A stretch of 35,230 nucleotides of DNA from a virus (Duplodnaviria; Caudoviricetes). The DNA is taken from IMG/VR virus record IMGVR_UViG_3300016649_000574, positions 1 to 35,230 of that record. One strand, 5' to 3'. Position numbers and translations under genes: made by a program. This document shows, piece by piece, positions 28,445 through 35,230 of this stretch. The notes beneath the pieces are model-generated. The model was not told the DNA's origin. It ran no database searches and saw only the letters and a list, made by a program, of their open reading frames with translations. The stretch's first letter is position 1; each line of letters starts with the position of its first letter.

Positions 28445-29232
28445 AGGTCTCCCAGATCGTTTGCCCAGCTGGTGTCATCGAAGTCAGGCGCCTTGCCCTG
28501 CCCCAACGCTTTGACGCGTTCGCGCTTGACCCACTGAACCAGTCGGTAGCACCAGCCTGCCGAGGTATCAACGGTCGCTGGCTTGGCGACGAAGAAACCC
28601 ATGAACGCCCGGATCGCCGCGTCAGGAACCGCATCAGCAGGAAGTCCGGCGATTGCGATCTGATCCGATAGCGCCTTCTCGTTCGGAGCCCAGCTGGCGA
28701 ACATGGCGAAGCGTTGGCGATCATCCTGCGGTTCAAGAGCGGCGCGGTTCTGTTCGTCGAGAGCGGCTAGGATCTCGCGCTGCTGCAGCTGCTCTTCGGT
28801 TCCTTGATGGTTAAGTGATGGATTGGGTGCAGCTGCTGCACCCCGTTCTGTTCCAGGCTGCACCCCGTTCTGTTGTGAGTTGCACCCCGTTGCGTCATCT
28901 GCACCCCGTTTTGTACGGGGTGCAGGATTTGCACCCCGTGATATCTGGAGGTCGTAAACGACTGGGCGGCGGTCATGGCGATCGATGTGCACGGCGGCGA
29001 TAGCCTGATTGCCCTTCTGGATCAGCCCGGACTTCTCCAGATCGTCCAGCTTGTAACGGACAGTGCGCTCAGACAGCCCGGTGTCCTGGGCCAGGGTAGC
29101 GGCGGACGGAAAGGCACCCGTACCGTTCGAACCGGCGTAGTTGGCCAGGCACAGCAGCACGTGACGCGCGCTCGAGTCTTTCAGGGTTTCAGTGGGCAGA
29201 GAGAGCGCCCAGGACATTGCTTGAACGCTCAC
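28441..29232 (-). CDS. Replication initiator (O-like; N-terminal HTH, C-terminal DnaT-like)
   Basis: VLLCLANYA...FPS..TLAQDTGLSERTVR; internal iterons; GTG start with GGAG RBS. Confidence 0.85.
   Translation of the reverse strand: MSVQAMSWALSLPTETLKDSSARHVLLCLANYAGSNGTGAFPSAATLAQDTGLSERTVRYKLDDLEKSGLIQKGNQAIAAVHIDRHDRRPVVYDLQISRGANPAPRTKRGADDATGCNSQQNGVQPGTERGAAAAPNPSLNHQGTEEQLQQREILAALDEQNRAALEPQDDRQRFAMFASWAPNEKALSDQIAIAGLPADAVPDAAIRAFMGFFVAKPATVDTSAGWCYRLVQWVKRERVKALGQGKAPDFDDTSWANDLGDL
28837..28939. repeat. Replication origin iterons (TGCACCCCGT)
   Basis: Direct copies at 28837, 28859, 28881, 28900, 28930 and an inverted copy at 28915. Confidence 0.85.
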
Positions 29233-29372
29233 TACGAGCTCCCTTTAAAAAATAGAGTGGCCGCAGGCGCATGCTTGAAGTGTCGCGACACTTTTTCGGA
29301 CACTTTTTCGGACTCACCTGAAAGTGTCGCGACATCGCTGAAACTGTTGACTGTGGGGGTGTTTTTGATCAC
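29232..29372 (-). CDS. 46-aa ORF, possible remnant of a regulatory gene
   Basis: GAGGTG RBS, GTG start, stop abuts the O start; contains palindromes and a 12-bp tandem duplication. Confidence 0.4.
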   Translation of the reverse strand: MIKNTPTVNSFSDVATLSGESEKVSEKVSRHFKHAPAATLFFKGSS

Positions 29373-29401
29373 TATTCACCTCGAGATACAGCTGTACTAA
29401 G

Positions 29402-29424
29402 CCGCCCTGCCAGGCGGTTTTTTT
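29402..29424 (+). terminator. Intrinsic terminator antisense to the early-right operon
   Basis: CCGCC/GGCGG stem followed by T7. Confidence 0.7.
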
Positions 29425-29508
29425 ATGCCTGCGATTCAGGCGTTATGGGTGTCCGGCGCATCCGTGGTAGCTTTTTGCTTCCACACGAAAAGGTCACGGA
29501 GACCGGAC

Positions 29509-29727
29509 ATGAAACGTTTGAAGGAAGCCTTTGCGCGCTGGAAGGCAAAGCACTGGGACCTGAAGCCATACATCCACGACGAACCCATGTTTCTGATGAT
29601 GGGATTCGACCGACCTCCCTTGCGGGACTTCTGGGAGCGGCGGAAAGGATTAATTCTCAAAGCTGCCCCCTGGCTTGCTAGCCTTATCGGCGGCGCGATA
29701 ATCCTGAAGTTGATTGGCTTGGCTTAA
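29509..29727 (+). CDS. Small protein with C-terminal TM helix
   Basis: 72 aa, GGAG RBS, ends WLASLIGGAIILKLIGLA. Confidence 0.5.
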   Translation: MKRLKEAFARWKAKHWDLKPYIHDEPMFLMMGFDRPPLRDFWERRKGLILKAAPWLASLIGGAIILKLIGLA

Positions 29728-29928
29728 CCTGCCGTCAATGACTGCTGCACGAGCCTCATCAAGAAGCCTTAAGCGCTGACCGTCAGTCGCCGCGCGATCG
29801 AAGCTCACATGATTGAATGGGAAGGTGTTGTGGCCATGCTTGCTTGGGCGCGCTGTAGCAAGTCCCGCGACGAAGCCGAAGACACCGCTACCAAGGACTG
29901 CGCAAGCAACCAATAATCCAACACTCAT
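29650..29928 (-). CDS. Small protein with N-terminal TM helix at the cII position
   Basis: 92 aa, AAGGGA RBS-like, hydrophobic N-terminus; overlaps the + ORF by 78 nt. Confidence 0.4.
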   Translation of the reverse strand: MSVGLLVACAVLGSGVFGFVAGLATARPSKHGHNTFPFNHVSFDRAATDGQRLRLLDEARAAVIDGRLSQANQLQDYRAADKASKPGGSFEN

Positions 29929-29948
29929 CTTTATTCCCTTCCTATGCA

Positions 29949-29964
29949 CTGTATGAATTAACAG
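29949..29964. promoter_or_regulatory. LexA (SOS) box
   Basis: CTGTATGAATTAACAG = CTGT-N8-ACAG. Confidence 0.75.
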
Positions 29965-30020
29965 CTGATCCAGAATCTCTATCTGCGCTTCCAGCTAAGG
30001 CGGAAAATGGCGACATCAGC

Positions 30021-30221
30021 TCAGGCAACTGATCTCTGAGACGGGAAAGGCCTGACCTCTTCCGCAACGAAGGAGCCGTCTTCAAGTTCGGTTACGAAAA
30101 TGTCCCGGCCGACTCGTAAAGCCTTGTTCAAGGCGCCCTGGCTCATCCGAAGCAACGCTGCGGCGCGGGCTTGCCCTTTTTCCATTGCGAACTGTTTAAG
30201 AGTGATGCGGCACATCGCCAT
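30021..30221 (-). CDS. cro: Cro repressor (lambda Cro family)
   Basis: RITLKQFAM..GQ...SQGALNKAL...AEEVRPFPS, clearly like lambda Cro; start may be 30215. Confidence 0.93.
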   Translation of the reverse strand: MAMCRITLKQFAMEKGQARAAALLRMSQGALNKALRVGRDIFVTELEDGSFVAEEVRPFPSQRSVA

Positions 30222-30315
30222 ATCTCCATTGGTATCAATACAGCGAGATTATCTCCCATGGAGATATTTTGCAACTCCAATGGAGATGGTTAACTATTTC
30301 CATTGGGAATATTCT
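30221..30315. promoter_or_regulatory. OR operator region with PR and PRM
   Basis: 17-bp pseudo-palindromes at 30250-30266, 30272-30288, 30295-30311 (weaker one at 30221-30237); PR TTGCAA-N17-TAATCT (-); PRM -10 TATTCT at 30310-30315 (+). Confidence 0.8.
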
Positions 30316-30321
30316 TGCTAA

Positions 30322-31113
30322 ATGAAGAAAGAAAGACGCGAATTGCTGGATTGGGAGCGGGATGAGTGCGCAGCCTTGAAAAAGGCCCTTGCGGACTACA
30401 ATTCTGCTCGCCCAAAGGAAAAGCGCCTTACCCAGGACGAGATTGCCCATGCGGTAGGGATGAGCCAGGGGACGCTTGGAAGCCATCTCAACGGACACCG
30501 GCCTCTAACCCAGAAGCTCGCCGTTTCTATGGCGGAAATGCTCGGCATTCCAATTGGGACTTTCAGTAAGCGGTTTGAGGCTGACATCGGACGCATGGCT
30601 TCAGTGGCCGGCCTTAACTCGGCAAGTGCTGGATCGCATGTGGATGAGCGAACTCCTCCGCGCAGCTTCGATCTCGCCGGCGACAAGAACTACACCGGCG
30701 TCCTGCAGCTGACTGCGCGTGGATCAACGGGTGATGGCGAAGACAATTCGCACGTCGAGATCCGTGGCGTAATGGCATTTAAGTCGGAGTGGTTGCGCGC
30801 AAACAATCTCAACCAGCGCCACCTGGATGTCATATACGCCAACGGCCAAAGCATGGAACCGACGATCAATGACGGTGACGTGCTGCTGATCGATGAGTCG
30901 AAAATCGAACCGAAAGACGGCCAGATCTTTGCGCTGCAGAGCGAATCGAAAGGTACGATCGTGAAGCGCCTGGTGAAGTCCGACTTCGACGGCTGGATCA
31001 TCCGCAGCGATAACCCGGACAAAGCGCGCTATGGCGACGAGACGCTGCGTGATGGGGAGATAAACGAAGTTCGCATTATCGGGCGCGTGGTCTGGCGCGG
31101 TGGGATGCTGTAG
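30322..31113 (+). CDS. cI: CI-like repressor (XRE HTH + S24 peptidase)
   Basis: LTQDEIAHAVGMSQGTLGSHLNG HTH; GQSMEP and IVKRL catalytic Ser/Lys; divergent from cro. Confidence 0.95.
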   Translation: MKKERRELLDWERDECAALKKALADYNSARPKEKRLTQDEIAHAVGMSQGTLGSHLNGHRPLTQKLAVSMAEMLGIPIGTFSKRFEADIGRMASVAGLNSASAGSHVDERTPPRSFDLAGDKNYTGVLQLTARGSTGDGEDNSHVEIRGVMAFKSEWLRANNLNQRHLDVIYANGQSMEPTINDGDVLLIDESKIEPKDGQIFALQSESKGTIVKRLVKSDFDGWIIRSDNPDKARYGDETLRDGEINEVRIIGRVVWRGGML

Positions 31114-31195
31114 GCAATACGGAAAATGCTAGACAGGGGTCTTGATTGATCAAGGCAATGGAATGATCTTGAAGAAATATACCTAGGTCGATATA

Positions 31196-31618
31196 GTGTA
31201 CGAACTGATCCCTCACAATGATTTGCTAATCGACCTCAAAAGGATACTTGCGACAGATCCACAGGTTGTTTACCGAACTCGAGAGCTAATTGAGGAGCTC
31301 AGGTCCAACCAGGATTTGTTGGACAGGCTTTCCCAGCAAAATTATGGGGTATGGCCGAATAAGCCAAAAAGGGATGCTTTCTTCAACGTGAAGATGTGGG
31401 CAGAGGCTCAGAAAAATGGGTTAAACCTATGGCGGCTCAGGGATCTCTCCTTGGTTGAAAAGGGCCTTGAGTATCGACTGGTTTACGCGTTCCTTCCGCA
31501 GAAGAAGCAATATTTCGTGCTTGCAATTGTTGAGAAAGATTTTGACTATGACACAGATCATCCAGTCTCTAGGCGTGTTTTCGCCACCTACCGATCGCTT
31601 GAAGAATTTTACTGGTGA
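31196..31618 (+). CDS. RelE/HigB-like toxin (putative mRNA interferase)
   Basis: LWRLR...EYRLVYAF...YFVLAIV pattern of the RelE/ParE fold; upstream of an XRE gene. Confidence 0.7.
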   Translation: MYELIPHNDLLIDLKRILATDPQVVYRTRELIEELRSNQDLLDRLSQQNYGVWPNKPKRDAFFNVKMWAEAQKNGLNLWRLRDLSLVEKGLEYRLVYAFLPQKKQYFVLAIVEKDFDYDTDHPVSRRVFATYRSLEEFYW

Positions 31619-32036
31619 GCCTGGCAAATCAGCCTCTGGTGCTCCACCGGTAATTCTTCAGTTCAAACTGCCCGTGCATAAATCGGTGGCTGCCGATTTG
31701 CATACCGATTTCGATTCGTTCATGGCAGAACTCGAGAAAGATCCCGTCCATGCTGCTGGCTTCGCAGAAGCGCGGTCTTGGGTAGCTGACAGCTTTTATG
31801 CTGAAGATGGTACTACGATCCGCACCATCCGGCTAAAGGCTGGGCTCACGCAAAAGCAGCTGGCAGTCGCCATCGGCACCAGCCAACCGCAAATTGCGAA
31901 GATCGAAAGCGGAAGACATGACCCAGTAATGTCGACCTGTAAGCGTTTGAGTGTTGCGCTCGGCGTTTCTCTTGATGTCATCTGTGACGCAATGGAGCGT
32001 CAAGCTTCGCTGAATGCATCAAAGGAGGCCCAATGA
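31548..32036 (+). CDS. XRE-HTH antitoxin (HigA-like)
   Basis: IRLKAGLTQKQLAVAIGTSQPQIAKIESG; start uncertain (31548, 31674 or 31722). Confidence 0.8.
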   Translation: MTQIIQSLGVFSPPTDRLKNFTGEPGKSASGAPPVILQFKLPVHKSVAADLHTDFDSFMAELEKDPVHAAGFAEARSWVADSFYAEDGTTIRTIRLKAGLTQKQLAVAIGTSQPQIAKIESGRHDPVMSTCKRLSVALGVSLDVICDAMERQASLNASKEAQ

Positions 32037-32470
32037 ATCGTTATGCCTATGCAGTTTTCTGTGATGATATTCGTCAGGAAATCAACGGAAAGATAACCAT
32101 GGTAGGCATATACACCGATCGGCTGTTCGTTGCCTCCGTTCCTACGGTGTTGCCAAAGCTGTGTCTTGCACTAGCGATGGCCACCGATAAAACAAACATG
32201 TTCGAAGAGGTTTGCGTAACGGGCACGTTCGGTCCGGACGAAGTCTTCAAAATGGAGCTTCATAAAGAAAAGATACAGAGCATCATTGATCAAGCCCCTG
32301 ATCCTGAATTTCCAGCAAAATTTTTCACTCTTCAGCTGAATGCAATTCTCACGCCGTTTCAGCTTGAGCGCACAGGAAAACTGGTGATTAAAGTCGTTGC
32401 TGATGGTGAAGAGCTTGAATGCGGTGGACTAGAGATGGCCTTGGCGCCACCTGGAACTGTAATTATTTGA
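32033..32470 (+). CDS. DUF6941-like beta-rich protein, third gene of the TA operon
   Basis: FCDDIRQE.NGK.T.VGIY motif; AAGGAGG RBS, ATGA coupling. Confidence 0.7.
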   Translation: MNRYAYAVFCDDIRQEINGKITMVGIYTDRLFVASVPTVLPKLCLALAMATDKTNMFEEVCVTGTFGPDEVFKMELHKEKIQSIIDQAPDPEFPAKFFTLQLNAILTPFQLERTGKLVIKVVADGEELECGGLEMALAPPGTVII

Positions 32471-32473
32471 GTT

Positions 32474-32503
32474 AAGCCCGGCCCAGCGCCGGGCTTCTTG
32501 TTT
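32474..32503 (+). terminator. Intrinsic terminator closing the TA operon
   Basis: AAGCCCGGC/GCCGGGCTT stem followed by CTTGTTT. Confidence 0.7.
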
Positions 32504-32563
32504 CTGGCAAGCGCCCTGCTCTGCTATGGTGAAGTCCTCTGACCGCAATGGAAGCTTCGAAGA

Positions 32564-32890
32564 ATGGACTCATGGAAGACTATGGTGATCGCACTGCTCG
32601 CCTCGGTAAGCACGCACGCCGTATCAGGTGATGGCGCTAACCCTATCGCCGCGGCGATATTTCTCACGATCTCCGCACCAACCATTTTAATTGGGGCGAC
32701 CACATCCCTCACGACCGAGCCGCCAAAGGTTTTCAAATCGGCGAAGAACGACGCCCTTGCCTACATAGGTTCGGATGGCGAGATTCGCGGCGCGGAGTTT
32801 GAGCAGGCGTCCAGATACTACCAGTCGACCTATCCTTCTCCGCTCATGTCAGACATGCAACTGGCCCAGTCGATAGCATCTTCATTTTGA
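32564..32890 (+). CDS. DUF2388-like exported protein
   Basis: Signal-like N-terminus; AKNDALAYIGSDGEIRGA and SDMQLAQSI motifs. Confidence 0.75.
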   Translation: MDSWKTMVIALLASVSTHAVSGDGANPIAAAIFLTISAPTILIGATTSLTTEPPKVFKSAKNDALAYIGSDGEIRGAEFEQASRYYQSTYPSPLMSDMQLAQSIASSF

Positions 32891-33112
32891 TACCGACCTT
32901 CAAGCTGGCTTCGAGCCCGAGCTTCCTGTTTCTGCGTTTTCCAATTCTGAGACCCTTCTCTATCGGAAATCCATGCTCTTAGGCATGCACAAAAAAACAC
33001 GCCATCTCAACGGTTTTACGACAAAGCCTGAACTAGAGTGATGTCTAAATGAGATCACTTGCTCTGGTTTGATGTCTCGCCGAAGGCCGTGTTAACCCAA
33101 CTTTCTGGCGAT

Positions 33113-33139
33113 TTAAGCTCTAGGCTTCTTGGTCGATAG
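33113..33139 (+). promoter_or_regulatory. Sigma28 (FliA) promoter
   Basis: TTAAG-N14-GTCGATAG, cf. TCAAG-N14-GCCGATA, 43 nt before the MCP start. Confidence 0.7.
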
Positions 33140-33182
33140 CCTGGAATAACAGCGGTGCCTACCTGTCTAAGAGAGATAAAAA

Positions 33183-34808
33183 ATGAACGTCAGGACTATG
33201 AACCTTGCTCCAAGGTCTGCCATCTTCTTCTCGCTCATTGTCCTGGTGGTTTTTGCCTTGGGCATTGTCGCCGTGATGCAAATGGGCAAGCTTCGAGAAT
33301 CGGAGCAAGATGTCGAAACTAACTGGATGGCGAGCATCGGTGAGATCGGCAAGATGCAGGCAGGCATCTTGCGCCTGCGTCTTGAAAGTATCCGCATCAC
33401 CGTGACCACCGACGAACAGCAGCGCCAAACCCGCATCGCCTCGTTGAGCGGCTACCGCAGCACGGTGCAGAACACCATCACCAATTACGAGCCCTTGGTT
33501 ACCGGGCCGGCAGAGCGTGAGCTTTACCAGCCAGTGGCCAACGATGTGCAGCAGTATTTCAAGCTATTGGATGAACTGGAGCCGTTGCTGCGAAGTGGTG
33601 ACAACGCCGCAGCCATTACCCTGATCAATACCCGCATCAGCCCGATGACCAATACTATGCAGGACAAGCTTACAAAGCTCGCGGACTTTAACGATGAGGG
33701 CGCCAAGCGTTCGGGTCTGGATGCTGCCGCGACATACAGCAATGGTGTGACGCTGGTGATCGGCCTACTGGTGGTAACCATCATACTCACTGTGGTGCTG
33801 GCTGCCGTGCTGACCCGCAGCATTACGGCGCCCATTAGCGAGGCCCTGGCCGTGGCCGAGCGCATCGCCGGCAGCGACCTGTCTCGGGAGATCGGGATCA
33901 GTGGCCGTGATGAAGCCGGCCGCCTGCTGGCCGCACTGGCGAAGATGCAGAGTAACCTGCGGGAAACCATCGCCAGCATCGCCGACTCCTCCACCCAACT
34001 GGCGTCGGCATCGGAAGAAATGACCGCAGTGACCGAAGACGCCAGCCGCGGACTAGTGCGGCAGAATGATGAGGTCAATCAGGCCGCCACAGCGGTGACC
34101 GAAATGAGTGCTGCGGTGGACGAGGTGGCACGCAATGCCGAAGCCGCAGCGCAATCTTCTCGCGAGTCTATGGAGTTCACCCACTCGGGTATCGAGAATG
34201 TGGCACAGACCCTAAAAGCTATCGAGAACCTGGCCAGCAACGTGGCCAGTACTGGTGAGCAGGTCAAGGCCTTGTCCGGCAGGGCGCAGGACATCAGCAA
34301 AGTGGTCGAGGTGATTCGCGCGATTGCCGAGCAGACTAACCTGCTGGCGCTGAACGCGGCCATTGAAGCCGCCCGCGCCGGCGAGCAAGGCCGTGGCTTT
34401 GCCGTGGTGGCCGATGAAGTGCGGGCCCTAGCCCACCGCACCCAGCAGTCGACCCAGGAAATCGAACAGATGATCGCCGCGATTCAGGCCGACTCGACCC
34501 AGGCGGTGAGCGCCATGAACGTCAGCGCCCAGATGGCCAACAGCTCAATCTCGGTGGCGCAGAACGCCGACCTTTCGCTCAAGCAGATCGCCGAGGCCAT
34601 CACTCAGATCAACGAACGCAACCTGCTGATCGCCACCGCATCCGAAGAGCAGGCACAGGTGGCCCGCGAGGCTGACCAGAACCTGACCAGCATCCGCGAA
34701 CTGTCGGTCCAGAGCTCGGCGGGCGCAAGTCAGACCGCCAGCGCCTGCGGTGAGATGGCCAACCTGGCGATTGAACTGAATCGTCTAGTAGCGCGATTCA
34801 AGGTCTGA
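33183..34808 (+). CDS. Methyl-accepting chemotaxis protein (4HB sensor, HAMP, signalling domain)
   Basis: Two TM helices, [38 protein letters not shown] hairpin. Confidence 0.96.
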   Translation: MNVRTMNLAPRSAIFFSLIVLVVFALGIVAVMQMGKLRESEQDVETNWMASIGEIGKMQAGILRLRLESIRITVTTDEQQRQTRIASLSGYRSTVQNTITNYEPLVTGPAERELYQPVANDVQQYFKLLDELEPLLRSGDNAAAITLINTRISPMTNTMQDKLTKLADFNDEGAKRSGLDAAATYSNGVTLVIGLLVVTIILTVVLAAVLTRSITAPISEALAVAERIAGSDLSREIGISGRDEAGRLLAALAKMQSNLRETIASIADSSTQLASASEEMTAVTEDASRGLVRQNDEVNQAATAVTEMSAAVDEVARNAEAAAQSSRESMEFTHSGIENVAQTLKAIENLASNVASTGEQVKALSGRAQDISKVVEVIRAIAEQTNLLALNAAIEAARAGEQGRGFAVVADEVRALAHRTQQSTQEIEQMIAAIQADSTQAVSAMNVSAQMANSSISVAQNADLSLKQIAEAITQINERNLLIATASEEQAQVAREADQNLTSIRELSVQSSAGASQTASACGEMANLAIELNRLVARFKV

Positions 34809-34943
34809 CATAAGCCGTTGTCATGGGCTGTGTTTGCCGTAGCGTATCCATTGAGATGGCTTTCTGCTTTAGCGACATCCTTTTCACCTGGCACTTACAC
34901 GATAGTGAGTAAGGTGACCCTACTCCTTTGAAGAATTCCTATT

Positions 34944-34972
34944 AGGCCCGCGCATAAGCGGGTCATTTTTTT
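34944..34972 (+). terminator. Intrinsic terminator after the MCP
   Basis: GGCCCGC/GCGGGTC stem followed by a T-run. Confidence 0.7.
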
Positions 34973-35014
34973 GCCTCCAGCTATGCTTTACATTCCCACT
35001 ACTGGAGCCGATCA

Positions 35015-35230
35015 ATGCTCACGCCCTACTCCCTCCCCGATATGCTCGAACGCATCTATGAGAACCAGCTCGCCCTTGAGGCAGCCGTCATGGAGCTTTC
35101 GCTATGGACCGCCGCCCAAGGCGGCACCCAGGCTGACGAAAATGTCCGCGGCGCCTTGGAAACCATCGGCGAGAATGCCGGGCACATCAAGCAGGCGCTG
35201 GCGAGATTGAAAGCCAAGGACCAGGACTGA
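35015..35230 (+). CDS. Small hypothetical protein
   Basis: 71 aa, GGAG RBS, YENQLALEAA...VRGALETI pattern. Confidence 0.65.
   Translation: MLTPYSLPDMLERIYENQLALEAAVMELSLWTAAQGGTQADENVRGALETIGENAGHIKQALARLKAKDQD

Larger units (their letters stand above)
1..32503. mobile_element. Lambdoid HK97-like prophage; boundaries not defined, may extend to or beyond the window ends
   Basis: Complete immunity, replication, late control, head, tail and lysis modules; no att sites identified. Confidence 0.93.

Noticed and set aside
28837-28939. Repeat array as a possible CRISPR
   Set aside because: 10-bp repeats with 5-12 bp gaps inside a coding gene; no cas genes; fits iterons
34845-34860. Possible OL operator TATCCATTGAGATG
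   Set aside because: Single partial match with wrong spacing compared with the OR 17-mers
1-35230. tRNA genes and attL/attR direct repeats
   Set aside because: None identifiable by eye; needs tRNAscan and flanking sequence

Overview
The window is almost entirely a lambdoid, HK97-fold, long non-contractile-tail prophage, probably of a Pseudomonas host (inferred from gene families and promoter style). Most genes lie on the - strand. Reading the - strand (right to left): cro, replication O/P with origin iterons, nin-type nucleases, a tyrosine integrase placed unusually inside the nin region, a Q/AlpA-like late antiterminator with a pR'-tR' unit, a holin-like pair, HNH, cos, terminase, portal, protease, capsid, neck, tail (including a lambda-type G/GT frameshift), tip and fibre genes, a GH19 endolysin and nested Rz/Rz1 spanins. 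On the + strand at the right are cI, a three-gene RelE/HigB-like toxin + XRE antitoxin + DUF6941-like operon, a DUF2388-like gene and a FliA-promoted chemoreceptor. The strongest candidates for an undescribed system are (1) a self-contained moron in the late leader encoding a divergent ClpP-like serine protease plus a 57-aa partner, and (2) the tripartite toxin-antitoxin operon in the rex position. Family assignments come from motif recognition by eye, not database searches.
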